Shown here: piece after piece, positions 13,739 through 26,464 of the stretch | How positions within the stretch are numbered: the stretch's first letter is position 1 | Layout: every line of letters starts with the position of its first letter | Source: Octopus vulgaris | Taxonomy: Eukaryota | NCBI GenBank assembly: GCA_951406725.2 | Contig: OX597814.1 | Span: 105,710,001 to 105,774,000, forward strand | Reading direction: 5' to 3' | DNA: 64,000 nucleotides | Program-made: the position numbers and the translations under genes | The notes under the pieces: model-generated | What the model saw: the letters and a program-made list of their open reading frames with translations, nothing else | What the model was told of the DNA's origin: nothing | The model's database searches: none

Positions 13739-14100
13739 TATACGGTCGCTCTCCTATACAATACATAACCTTTCCTTCCTAATTGTTAGCTTTCGGCGGT
13801 TGGGACAGTTTTTAGTAAATTTTCACAAATTACTTATATTTTCCTACTTTATACAAATAAACTGAAAAACATGAAAAACAAACACCGCCACCCCTTCTTT
13901 ATAATCTGTTTCATATTTTGTAACCCCATTGTTCTCTATTTTTCTGCTTTGTTGAGATTGCAAACGCAAAAATTTTTAACCATTCATAAAAAAAAAACTA
14001 TTAGTAGGAATATTACAACGTCAATGGGAATCCTGGCTTTCATGGCACGGTTCCAAAAACCTTTGCAACAACTACACCTCACCCACCCTCTGTTTCTCTG

Positions 14101-14142
<42 letters not shown>

Positions 14143-14292
14143 CTTCTTCCTCTTTAAATATGTAACATTAGCCAGTCTGAAATGCAAGACTGGTGTAGGA
14201 TACCATTGTTGCACGTGTTTTATTTACCTTCACAATTTCAAATTGTTAGAAAAGATATGATCAACGTATCAATAAAAAGACCAAATTTCGAT

Positions 14293-15070
14293 TTCCAAAC
14301 CACATGATTCCGGGTTCAGTCCTACTCTGTGGAATCTTTAGCAAGTATCTTCTACTACACCGTGGCACTCCGTCGGTTACGTCGACGAGTGTTCCAGTTG
14401 ATCCGATCAACGGAACAGCTTGCTCGTGAAATTAACATGCATATGGCTGAGTGCTCTACAGACACGCGTACTCTTAACGTAGTTCTTAGGGAGATTCAGC
14501 ATGACACAGAGTGTGACAAGGCTGGACCCTTTGAAATACAGATACAACAGAAACAAGAAGAAAGGGTGAGAGAAAGTTGTGGTGAAAGAGTACAGCAGGG
14601 TTCACCACCACCCCCTGCCAAAACCTCACGGGGCTTTAGGTGTTTTTGCTCAATAAACTCTCACAACTACCGGTCTGGGAATCGAAACCGCGATCCTACG
14701 ACCCCGAGTCCGCTGCCCTAACCGATGGGCCATTGCGCCTCCACGTCTTCTATAGCCATAGGCTGCCCGAGACCTTGTGACTAGATATGGTAGATGGAAA
14801 CTGCAAGAACTCTTCGTGCGCGCACGTACACACACACACATATATATATATATGTATGTATATCTCTTCGTGTTTGTCTGTATTTGTCTTTCACCACTGC
14901 TTGGTAACCATCGTTATGTTTACGTCCCCGTAACTTAGCGGTTGGACAAATGAGACGGATAAAACAAATACCAGGCTTGAAATAATGAGTACAGGGGTCG
15001 ATTCGTGCGATTAAATTTCTTGAAGGCGATACCCCAGCATGGCCGCAGTCTAATGACTGAGACAAGTAAA
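14293..15070 (+). mobile_element. SINE family B interrupted by an antisense family C copy
   Basis: Head ttccgggttcagtcctactctgtggaatctttagcaagtatcttctac (14293-14358) resumes at ~14745 tcttctatagcc and runs to ccagcatggccgcagtctaatgactgagacaagtaaa. Confidence 0.85.
14363..14742 (-). mobile_element. tRNA-derived SINE family C, near full length
   Basis: Minus strand begins ggcgcaatggcccatcggttagggcagcggactcggggtcgtaggatcgcggtttcgattcccagacc (A box and B box). Tail ...aatttcacgagcaagctgttccgttgatcggatcaactgg...cgtaaccgacggagtgcca is shared with 51105-51390 and 57033-57326. Confidence 0.88.
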
Positions 15071-16525
15071 ATATGGAAGGTATTGCCGAGAGGAAGAAAA
15101 ATCATTTTAAGCTTCGAATTCCTCGAATTGGGATCATCTGTATGAAGAATGGTTTGATTGGATTATGCGTGAAGAGAATTGAGGATGCTTGGGTTCTTGA
15201 GAAGAATGGAGTTTGAAGAATGTTCAAGCATATGTGTTGGGTGTGTGGAGTAATCGAACGGTAGACTTGTTAGAAGAAATAAAAGATGGAGAGGAGGCTG
15301 AGTGAGTCTGCTTCTCGAATTTCTGGACACATAAATCTGAGTGGGGTTGACAAGGAGACCGACAAAGTGAAGTGTAACAGTGCCTCGTGGCCGAAACGGC
15401 TTTGTATAAAATGGTTGAGTTACGTTCGGTTTGGATGTCTGCCAATTTTACCGTAAATAACGATGGACTGTGGAACATTTGTAACAAGCATTTAAAGCAT
15501 TAATGAGGTGTATTGGGGCTAGAACCGACAGCTCTTATTTCATCAGGTAAAAGTTAGCAAAATTATGTTTGTCTAGATGCGTGGAGAAACGTTTGTTGGT
15601 GGTCTCCTCTTCCACAAAAACCATTTACAAATATCAATCCCGATTACCAAATGCTAGGAAAATATCACTACAAGTGTCTTGTGGAAGTCGCAAACTATCG
15701 TCTTTCGTTTATTGGTGAAAGACGTTTGTGTTTGTATGACTGGCAAGATGTACTTCGTTCTCTCTAAAAATAAGAGGAACGCAGCTTCGAGCTGGATGCT
15801 GTTGTTGTCATGGGAGTGAATTGAGATAATCAAATCCATTTAAAATGAAATCAAATGGAAACATTTAATCAGCACAAGCTAAACTGTAAATTAATAACCT
15901 AGATTGGATTAAATAAATAAAAACAACAAAAAACAAAAATCGAATGCAAGGGAATAAGCAATGATGTCGCAGAAAAGTGGGGAGAGACATCACTGCGCTT
16001 TTTAGTTGCAATCTCTCGCTTTTAAATTATTTATATTTCTGATTGTAGCTGCGTTGTTGGTCTCTTGAAATAGGAACAAGAATTGTGATCGTTGTCTCTT
16101 GAATTCTCCTTGTTTCCAAAACCTAATGTTCTGCTCTATCCCGACCCTTCCCTATCTTTTGCCGAGAGTGTCGGGGTAGGGGACAACGTAGTTAATCGCT
16201 ATCATTGTGTGACTGCTTCGGTAATAAACACTGGTTCGTCCCCTGCTCCATTCTAACGTTACTGTTAGTTCGCATCCTCCTCACCCCGCCCCTCCATCAT
16301 GTGGGTGAGGTTGACTGGGACTCGGGTTCCTGACTCATGCATCTTCTATGAGTCATGCTTCTGTGAACTGATGTTATTTCTGGAACAATTTCTACACCAA
16401 CGCCACACACACACACACACACATACACCAAGGAACCTACATACACACATACATCAACACCAAACACATACGCAAATGCATGCACTAAAGTGCAACCTCC
16501 ATGTCTCTGCCTCCAAACAAACATA

Positions 16526-16559
<34 letters not shown>

Positions 16560-16716
16560 TATAAACTATATTTTGTATATACAAAAATGTATGTATACTG
16601 CATCTAAGGGTATATGGCAGGAGATTCTCCGCGAACCTACAATATACAAGTATACACCAGATGAGCAAATACATTGAATGCGTAGGCACAAAGAACGTAA
16701 GCGCCACCCCCATTCC

Positions 16717-16755
<39 letters not shown>

Positions 16756-16775
16756 ATAATAATAATAATAATAAT

Positions 16776-16950
16776 ACGGCACCAAGAGGAATATGAAGGA
16801 AAGGTTTGCCTCCTTGGTACGGCAGGAATAATCGGGAAAGTATTAGATAGATGAAAAGAACGGATAGCATGGTACCGTAGGCTATAGGTAGGGAGCCCGC
16901 TAAGCATGCAAGATTCCAAGAGCTCCAATAAAACCTGTAACATAAAGAGA
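16776..16950 (+). pseudogene. Short R4/Dong-type 3' fragment between (TAA)n tracts
   Basis: RKVCLLGTAGIIGKVLDR* plus a UTR (gcatggtaccgtaggctataggtag) also seen at 26395-26430; (TAA)n on both sides. Confidence 0.7.
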
Positions 16951-16974
16951 TAATAATAATAATAATAATAATAA

Positions 16975-17545
16975 TCTGGTTTAGAAACAAGGCCAGCAAT
17001 TTTAATTGATCCCAATACTTGAAAAACAAATTTGACTTCGGTATGATTTGAACTCAGTGCGTAATGAACTGTAATATATACAGCAAGACGCTTTAACGAT
17101 TCTGCCAATGACGATGATAGCTATCTATAAATAATTAATAATCAATGATAATCCTCCTAATTATATGCCTGAAATTATTGCGTTAAGGGATCAGTCGGTT
17201 ACATCGACTCCAGTGCTTATTTCCTTATTTCGTCGACCCTGAAATAATGACTGGTAATGTCCACCTCAGTGGAATTTGAACTCAGAACATAAAGACGGAC
17301 GAAATGACGCGAAGCATTTTTCCCGGCCTGTTTAACGACTCTGCCAGTTTGTCGCCTTAAAGCTAATAATGATTTCAAAATTTTGTGACAAGAGCAGCTT
17401 GGGAGAGGGGATTAAATCGATTACATCGATCTCAGTATTTCGCTGTTACTTAAATTATCGACCCCGGCGAAATTTGAACTCAGAACTCAGAACTGCTCAG
17501 CATTCCGCCCGGTGCGCTAATGATTCTGCCATCTTGCCGCCTTAA
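16975..17545 (-). mobile_element. Cluster of three degraded SINE A copies
   Basis: Three atttgaactcag cores, each followed by aacgattctgcca-like head segments. Confidence 0.75.
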
Positions 17546-18989
17546 CGCCTTAAAACTAATAATAAAATACGCTAATATCCCGCTCGGACTGTCACTATTA
17601 CAATGACACAATTGACCACGTCCTTTCCAGTTCATAAATCCGACCATTTTCAGAGAGAGGATTGAACTGTTTGCTCTGTCTGCTGGGCAAAACACCTGTA
17701 TCTTTCTATTCGTTCATTCTGCCTAAAATACCACCTAGAAGAAGGTAAAGCGTCTGACAGATTTCAAAGAAATAGAAATTGAGATAACCGGGATGTGTAA
17801 TATGAAAATGAAAACCAAAATAATAATGAGTGAAACCCTGGGTATGGTAATAAATATGGGAACCAAAATATAAAACCAAAATATAAAAATATAAAACTAT
17901 AAAAATATAAAACTTTACAAATAGTCGACGAAATAGTCCTGCTCGGCGTAGCGCATAACCTAAGACACTTTCTCATTCCATTAGTGCAACTGAAGAAGTA
18001 GGGAGGAGGTGTGTAGTCATTGCAGCGCTTCGTCCCTATACAACTAAGCTAACTTTGCCTCACTCCATTTCGGAGTCAATGAAATAAAGTACCAGTGATG
18101 CACTGGGGGTCGGTGTAATCGAATTTCTCCCTCCCCTCAAAAGTGTTAACCTTGTACCACGAAACAGCATCGTACAAACACATATTATGCACATCTCTCG
18201 CATACAAGATACCCGGATCTATACTGTACTTATTTGCACTTATGGTGACATTCACCCGGAATGGGTGGAGCCGGCTCCGACCAACGAATTCCCCATGTCC
18301 CTCACAAATGCAGACCTCATCCGATGATTGGCCGCAGTCAGATAACACAGACGCCGAAGGCGTAAGTGGTCATACGTTGTTGAGGGGTGGAGTTCATGTT
18401 CAGAATTTCAGTGGGAATACAAGTCCACATGTGGGTCCCCAGTCACATGCACACACACTCTGTAATCCGTAGCAAATCATTCTACCGTCGATTATCGATC
18501 GTCGCAGAGGATTCGCTGACGAGGTTGCCGCCGATTACCGAAGCAGATGTAGCTTGGGTTTAAAGCGGGTTCTCAAGACATGCTTTAGCAAAAGCTAAGG
18601 GCTGCCTCACTCTAGTGGTCTTCCAGTACGCCGGACACCAGCCTGGAATTGCTAAGGGATCGTGTTATTGCAAGATTGTCGTTGAATCTACACAAGGTTC
18701 GTCCGATTTCTAACGCCATTAAGTCACTTGATATTCTACTCTTGTGTCGCCCATTAATATTACACTGCCCCGTCCATACTTTACATCATTGCTTCTCAAG
18801 CTAGCTAATGTGACGTAAGGGCAGTTTTTTCCCCCAATGTGCCAGGAACCGGTAATATTTCTCAGTAATAATAATTTATACTGGAAACAACATATATAAT
18901 GAATATAATAAATGTTGACAATTTTTAAAATCTTATATTTTGTAAACAAATAATACAATGTTACATAAGCATTTTAGAATGTTTCTTTC

Positions 18990-19073
18990 TTTTCTGCAAA
19001 CTCGCCGTGTACCAGCAGCTGATAGCTCACGGACCAGCGCCGGTCCTGGGGACCACCACTTTGAGTAGCACTG
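18990..19073 (-). mobile_element. hAT (Charlie-like) transposon or MITE terminus
   Basis: Reverse complement CAGTGCTACTCAAAGTGGTGGTCCCCAGGACCGG resembles Charlie-type terminal inverted repeats; flank gtctacag resembles the NTCTAGAN target. The other end was not located. Confidence 0.6.
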
Positions 19074-19251
19074 GTCTACAGGACCAGTGATAACAAAGCA
19101 CTCAACATCACTCACACAACATGAAAGCAAATTCAATCCAGTAATGCAACACATCATATATTTTAGAGGACAAAACACTAATATAACATAAAAAAATAAT
19201 AAAACATGTCTCACAAAAGGCAAGATTGATGTTGTATATATAAACCCACAA

Positions 19252-19482
19252 AGGCAGCGAGCTGGCAGAAACGTTAGCGCGCCGGGCGAAATGCTTAGCA
19301 GTATTTCGTCTGTCGTTACGTTCTGAGTTCAAATTCCGCCGAGGTCGACTTTGCCTTTCATCCTTTCCGGGTCGATAAATAAAATACCAGTTTCGCACTG
19401 GGGTCGATATAATCGACTTGATCCCTTTGTCTGTCTTTGTTTGTCCCCTCTATGTTTAGCCCATTGTGGGCAGTAAAGAAAT
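19252..19482 (+). mobile_element. SINE A, full-length young copy
   Basis: ggcagcgagctggcagaaacgttagc...gagttcaaattccgcc...cctttcatcctttccgggtcgataa...gcagtaaagaaata; flanked by atatataaacc(c/t)aca direct repeats. Confidence 0.92.
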
Positions 19483-19644
19483 ATATATATAAACCTACAT
19501 CTACATTTCCTGAAGATGATATTAGGCACACCTTAGGAACGCAAAAGTGCTGCCTTAGATGGTGTTCCACAAACTTAAAGGCGGTGCTCCAGTATGGCCG
19601 CAAAGTGAAAGGAGTAGAGGATGAAAGAAAGAGAAAGGACACTC

Positions 19645-20239
19645 TGTCACTTAGAAACTGTTTCTTCTTTTTAGAGGAAGCTTATTCAAACACGATTCAT
19701 CTACTTACCCTGAATACTCTGTTTCTTACACAAAGTCGACACAATAACAAACACTCTCTCCTTTAACTCTTAACTTCATCTCTTCCTTTTACTCTTCTGC
19801 CTCCCTCTAATGCGTCCTACATTTGTATCGTAATCTCCTTAACTGAACAATTGCCATCGCTTTGTTATTTTTCTCCCTTTTTTTCAAAAATTTCAATCCC
19901 ATTTTCTCTCTCCTTATTCTCTCTCTCCCTATTTTCCGTATTTCCGTTTTATTTTTTCTCCACCCCTATTCAATGGTTATTACTTGAATCCATTTTAATT
20001 GAATAATTTCATTATATTTTTATATTGTCTTTTTTTTTTACTTTTCTTTCATTCTACACTTCCTTTTCCCATTATACCTTTCTTTAACCTCCCCACCAAC
20101 ACTCACTAATTTTTTTTTTTAGTATATCCTGTTTGTTTCTTTGCTGTATGTTTACTTGGGATTAGTAATATCAAGGTCTCCCAATATTAACCCTAGTATT
20201 AATCCCAGACTATATCCATTCACCCGGTGCTTATCAAAA

Positions 20240-20284
<45 letters not shown>

Positions 20285-20450
20285 TGTACATCTCTACCAT
20301 TTTATCTCTTCTTTCCGCTCCACCTCGATCACTCCCACCTCCGTTTTTTTTTACTAAATTTCGAATAGCCATGTAGCGCCCCATTCCTACACAAGAAGAC
20401 CTTTTCTGCTGTAGCCCTACATGAAGAAGGCTGCGAAACGACCGTAACCC
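19645..20450 (+). pseudogene. Putative 3' remnant of a Penelope-like element (Naiad-type C-terminus, pyrimidine-rich UTR, decayed hammerhead)
   Basis: ORF end SLRNCFFFLEEAY...LTLNTLFLTQSRHNNKHSLL* resembles the C.LCL.EK..I...TLN.R.E...CRH.NK..L terminus of these elements. 20406-20446 reads CTGcTG-tagcc..ggctg-c-GAAAC-gacc-GTA. Confidence 0.45.
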
Positions 20451-21614
20451 TCAATATGTCAAGAGGTTAAGTAAACATTGTCACGTCTCACACCTCTTCA
20501 CTTTTTATGGTTTATATATTCCTCATGAAATAATTTCATCGATTGAATTGGATTACTATGTTGTCTGTTAGCCGAGTCCGGTAGAGGTGCTTTCTGTGAC
20601 ATTCACGCTATTCTGTGAATCCATATCTTATACTACAAATTTGTGTGTGTGTGTGTGTGTGTCTGTCTGTATGAGAAAGGCTTAGTAATAAGAATTCTTG
20701 AAGGATCTATTTGTTGTTATCCTGTCAACACGTCGCCATTGTGTTTTGTGTTAAGATACCTTTGTTCCACAAGAAGGCCATCTGCCAAAACAAATGGCTT
20801 TATTCCTGTATCTTTTATTTCTCCAAATCTGATTTATAATAATCTTCGCTAAAACAGCGTTCGAGCTGATAATAATGGCAACGCTGGTGATGGCGTTGGT
20901 GTGGATTCCAGAAATGGCAAGTTTGCTGGTGGTTCTAAAAATTACGATTTTCACATAATCTCGTCAGTGATAGGTGAAAGCTTCAATTTCCATAACGAGT
21001 GACAGTTGGATTCTTGAGTATAAAACTAAATTTGATATGGTCAAGATGGAATAATGAATGGACGAAAAATCTTACTGCTTTCAGTGGTTTTTCCAAATTC
21101 TTGCTGACAGTGCTGTAAAAGAAAAGTACTTATTCCTATGTATCGTTGAAGGAAAAGTATGCCATAATGGAAAGAAAGTTATCGATTTTGTACAATAATT
21201 CTATAACAGTAAAATAATGGTGGAAGGCTGTTGCGCATGGAATCTTGCGCCTGAAAGTAAGTTTCTTATTCATGAGTGGCAGATCAAATGGAAACCGGTT
21301 CGTTTCCAGCCGTGGCTCATTTATGACTCTGTCATAATCAAACAAATCAGGCAATTCATTCTGTAGAACTGTGATGATGGATTCTCTTCAATCTGCTTTG
21401 CTATTTTGCATTGTTCTTGGTGAAGAGTAGCACCGCTGGCCACGTGTTTAAAAGGATGGACTAAAACACGGCCAAGACACGCCGGATGTTGCTACGGAGA
21501 ACCGAAGACTCTAGGGAAAAGTTGTGACCTCAGGGCATATATACACGTACACACACATACACACACACGCACCCACATACATACATACATACATACATAC
21601 ATACATACATGCTT

Positions 21615-21836
21615 ACGTCTTTTACCTTCTACTTGTGTCAGTTATTAGACTGCGGCCATGCTTCAGCACCGCCTTGAGGAATAGTAGTGGAGCAAATCGA
21701 TCCAGGTATTTATATTTTAAGTCTGGTACTTATTCTATCTGTCCGTTTTGTTGAACTACTAAATTATGGGAACGGAAATATACCGGTTATCAAGCGTTTG
21801 GTGAGGGTGGAGCAAATACATACATACATATATACA

Positions 21837-21868
<32 letters not shown>

Positions 21869-22025
21869 CACACACACACACGATGAGCTTCTTTCAGTTT
21901 CAATCTGCCAAATCTACTCACAATGCTTTGCGAGGCGAGAGTAGAAGACAAATTAACCAAGGGGCCACGCTGTAGGGATGAACCTGGAAACGTGTGGTTG
22001 GGGTGCAAACTTCTTACAACACAGC
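21615..22025 (-). mobile_element. SINE family B
   Basis: Homologous to 11110-11515 and 38645-39052. Confidence 0.85.
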
Positions 22026-22624
22026 AACATACATCGATACATTTATCTATCTACGTACGTGTGTGTGTGTATACATATACACACATGCACACATACTCAT
22101 TGATATTGGAATGCATGGTTTACAAACTTCGAATGCAGAAACAGTTTAAACAATGGTATTTTACCCCCTCCCAGCCGTCATCTTCACCCCCTCCTGTCAT
22201 CATAACTTCCCCTCAACCTATCCTATCACTTCAACCTACCACACCAGCCCCCAAACAGTATCACCTGCCCCTATTACAATATAGTCGTATCCCATTCCCA
22301 ACCAGCATAACTCCTCCACCTTGCTCTACCACCTCTCCCTGCCACTGCCATATGGCCCCTTCTTCAGTCTAATCATCCGTCACCACCAACACCTTTTTCA
22401 CTCTGATTATTGCACTTTCTTATCATCCCTGTCTCCTTCCACTTAAATATCTCCTCTTCCTCTCCCCAACCTGTTTATCAATCGCTATGTGTTTATTGGA
22501 TTGGGTCGAAATTCATTAAGATTTCATGGGAGTATCCGTGCATGGTGGCGGAAGAAGAGTTAACTTATGTGTACACGCGAGCGTGCACACACACACACAC
22601 AACCACACGCGTATATATATATCC

Positions 22625-22828
22625 ATATATGAATTTTTTGTGTAATGAGATAAAAAAAATCCAAGGCTGTATAGATATTAGAGCATTTATAGATAGAAGG
22701 TCTTACAGCTGTTTCTAGAATATTAATTAATAATGATATCCCTTCATCGGAGGCGGTATGAGAGGAAAAGTTAATATCTATACTGCCTTGGTTTTTTTTT
22801 TATCTCATTACACAAAAAATTCATATAT
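22625..22828. mobile_element. ~55-bp terminal inverted repeats enclosing a hammerhead motif
   Basis: 22625-22680 is the near-perfect reverse complement of 22771-22828; the spacer holds the motif at 22699-22755. Confidence 0.8.
22699..22755 (-). ncRNA. Minimal type-I hammerhead ribozyme motif (PLE-type), one core change
   Basis: gcct-CCGATGA-a-gggatat..atattct-a-GAAA-cagctg-TA-agacc; palindromic stem III ACAGCTGT and GUA cleavage triplet. Confidence 0.6.
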
Positions 22829-23289
22829 ACACACGCTGACATAGAACCAACGTTGAACCCTTTATTCGCAATATTACCGAATCTGGAACTTAACTATGGT
22901 CTGTCTATAGCACTTATTCAGCATTACCTGACACCTTTGGGTCTCAATGACACCATTATCTCTTATATATATCCATACACATACATATATACAATGTACA
23001 TCTATATGCACACACACTTAAACCTCGCAGACATATACACCCACTGTTCACAAATCCAGATCTACATAATGTTCCAGAGAACTCTTCGGCACCTTGAAGT
23101 GCGCTGCCAATTCTAGTCACTTGTCTTGATGTCATAATAGTGGTAATTTCTGTTAGAAATAAACTGGAAAAAACATCATTCTTTAAAATAAAACAGAAAA
23201 AAAAACAGACGACGCTTTTCTTTGTTTGATGTTATTGAAACAACTAGACTTTAGTAGGATGGACGGTTTTTTGCCTGGCCCCAGCCCTC

Positions 23290-23335
<46 letters not shown>

Positions 23336-23704
23336 TGTGTCTGTGTGTCTGTGTCTGTGTGTCTGTGTGTGTGTCTGTGTCTCTGTGTGTCTGTGTATAT
23401 GTGTGTGTGTGAGGAGTGTTTGTGTGTGTACGATTATATGTGTGTGTGTCTCCGTGTGCGATCTACTCCCGAGTTTTGACTCGTGTCTTTTTACATTTTC
23501 TCAAGTCGAATAATCTCTAAGAGTTTCTTAAATGGAAACTGTGTGGAAGCCCGTAGGATAGACTGTAGCTGTAATTGAAACGCTCGACCAAGTCTCATAC
23601 GGTGCCACCCTAACCGTACCTGAGGATTCTTTTCTCTTTCAACCCTGCATGTGTCTGTGGAGTAATGTGATATACGCAGGATGATGAATAGAATATGGCT
23701 ATGT

Positions 23705-23870
23705 AAGGCGCTCATCGGGAAAACGCTTAGCAGTACTTGTTCTGACTCTACATTCTGAGTTCAAATTCCGCTGAGGTCAAGTTTGCGTCCCATCCCTTTC
23801 GGGGTCGATGCAATAAGTATCAGTTGATTACCTCCCCCAAAATTTCTGGCGTTGTGCTAAAATGTAAAAC
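23705..23870 (+). mobile_element. Degraded SINE A
   Basis: ttctgagttcaaattccgctgaggtcaa...ccctttcggggtcgat core. Confidence 0.75.
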
Positions 23871-24550
23871 CAATATAATATGGCTGTGTTAAATCTCTAA
23901 TTTAAAGTACCGTATCAGTTTATCCCGCTGTACGAAGATGACATTCTGGGTCCCAGTGGTGGTTAAATATTTTACACTCTACACTCTGAATATTCACTAC
24001 TGTTGGAATCCTCATTTCGTATTCTTAGAGGGCAAAGAACCTTTGAAATCTATAAAAGTCACAACAAAACTGTGCAGTGCCTGAAATCGAAGAGAACTTT
24101 ATCGTTACTGTCTGTTTGAAGTGGTTACTTGTGTTCGTGACATTGGTGGTGATGGAGAAGAGGATGATGACGATGATAATGATAATGATGACATTGATGA
24201 TGATAGTAGCGGTGTTTGTAGAGGTAAAAACGATGATGGGATGATGATGGTATTGTGGGATAACCGTGGTGTTTGTGACTTTTACTTTTGTAGACAGCGA
24301 TGGGTTAGCCATTAAGCATAAGAAGCACGTACTTGGGGCATCAAGGGGCGGGATGCACCACAAAAATAGTAAATGGTTTACGGCACAAAAGAAATCACTT
24401 TAAACTTGCTGAACTTAACCTTCATAGTACTTTATATGATTGGAAATATAATTTCGAGTTATTCATGATGCCATAGTGAGACTCTGAAAGACTTTGCAAT
24501 TCAAAAGAAAAAACGAAAACTTTTCAAATATAAATAAAGTGGAAATATCC

Positions 24551-24690
24551 AAAAACAAGAGCACTCAGAAAGCGCAAACCTCCACCAAGGCAACACCAAC
24601 GTCTTCTCAACGATTAGCAGGAGATGATTTTTAAAATGAGAATATCTGAAATAAACTCGACTGGTCTCACAAACGAGAATACTAATCGAA
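24551..24690 (+). mobile_element. Terminus of a Helentron-associated (HINE-like) non-autonomous element
   Basis: aaaacaagagcactcagaaagcgcaaacctccaccaaggc resembles HINE/DINE-type ends; recognition only. Confidence 0.4.
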
Positions 24691-24845
24691 GATATTTTAG
24701 TAGTGACAAATTTCGGTTTATCTCTTTTTCGCTTATTGTATATTTTAGAATTACATCATCCAATGTGACTTCATCGTTTTTGCAGATGGTAGAGTGTGAT
24801 TTGAGTGAAATCTAGCTGTTGTTTTGCGTAGTTTGAATAACTACT

Positions 24846-24884
<39 letters not shown>

Positions 24885-24988
24885 TCTCTCCCTCCCTCTC
24901 TCCTGAAACATTTGTAAAACCCTTGAAAAAGACATACTATTTAAAGTAGCAAAGCACGACATGGTTAGGAAAAGGCTGAGCTGGAGAC

Positions 24989-25029
<41 letters not shown>

Positions 25030-26231
25030 CACACCACACACACATACACACAAACACACACACACACGCACTCTCTCTCTCTTTAATATGAGAGAGAGAG
25101 AGAGAGAGATTTAATAGTTGGGTGAGATGTAAAAAGGGATAGGTAGTGATAGGCTGAACAAGTAATCGTAAAGAGTGACAGCGAGTGATAGAGTGAGTGA
25201 TAGTGGATGCTATTGAGTGATAGACCGAGAGACTGATGATGGCGGCGATAGATTGAGAGAATGTTAGAGGGCGATAAATTAGTAGTTGTAAATGAATAAA
25301 TAAAATTAGACATGGCAGAACGAAAGTAAAAAATGGCGGTTTAAATATATTATGACGAGAAAAAGAAGGAAGAACAGAGAGGAAGTTGAATTCAGGACAA
25401 TTATAGAGAAGGGGGAAAAAAGAGAAAACTGAAGAGGTGTTTAAGAGGGAGAGAATCTAAAGTGTGAATAGTTTTTAGGAAGGTGATATAATAGGGGGAA
25501 GGTGATAACGAGAGAGAAAGAAAGAAAGAAAGAAAGAGAGCAAGAAGTTGTGCGAGAGCTAAATAAATGCCAGACCCATATAGAGAATGTAGTTTGAGTT
25601 AATGGTCAATAAGTGATTTCTCTCGTATTACAAGGTTCCCAAGACGATATACGAAGTGTAAATATTTCATTTTGCTCTCAAAATCTCTTGATTTCCTGGC
25701 AGGTCACAACTGAATGCCGCGCTTTTCGTGCAAAACAGTTATTTTATATATTTTGGTGTCGGTTGTCAATAAATAGAATCCATTTAGTCTGAAGAGAGTA
25801 AACAGCAATGGCCTCTCTTTTTGAAGAGGCACGGCATCTTCACGTGACTAGAGGCAAGTGTCCTTCCAAGATACACGAACCAACATGTACATTGCTATAA
25901 GCAATTAGGGAAGAGTGGGGCGTGGGATGGGGGGGTTCATTTCACGACTTTTGGGTCCTTTTATTTTGTTTTTGACTTGAATTGAACCAACTCTAACGAC
26001 GTTGTTGCTATTTACTTTGCTGGACCCTGGATGAAAGAAATGCAATTGTCGAACTTAGTGATTCGAAAGCAAATTAAAAAACGTGAAGAATTTCAGACTG
26101 TGTGTCAGGCAATAGTGTTTCTCTTAAGAGTCATGAAACCAGAGATGTTTGCTTTTAGTGTCATAGGAATCAAAGACATTCATACTTTTCCCTTAGAACT
26201 TTCAAGCAGTCAGTGAAAATAATGCAGTGGT

Positions 26232-26274
<43 letters not shown>

Positions 26275-26460
26275 GTTAGGGTTTAGGGGACAGTATCAAT
26301 GGAGTGCCCAGTGGAGCTGCTGCAAAACGTTTCCCTCCTTTGCACTGCCAGAATCGTCAGGAAAATAATATTAGATAATTGAAGAGAACAAATTGCATGG
26401 TAGCATAGGCTACAGGTAGTAAGCCTGCTACTCATATAAGATTCCAGGGGTTTCGGGCAA
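26275..26460 (+). pseudogene. R4/Dong-type 3' fragment following (TAA)n
   Basis: MECPVELLQNVSLLCTARIVRKIILDN* plus a UTR similar to that of 16776-16950. Confidence 0.7.
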
Positions 26461-26464
26461 TGAA

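Noticed and set aside
14670-14742. tRNA gene (also SINE heads at ~37453, ~39000 and ~57270)
   Set aside because: A and B boxes are present but there is no complete cloverleaf, and each continues into a SINE body.
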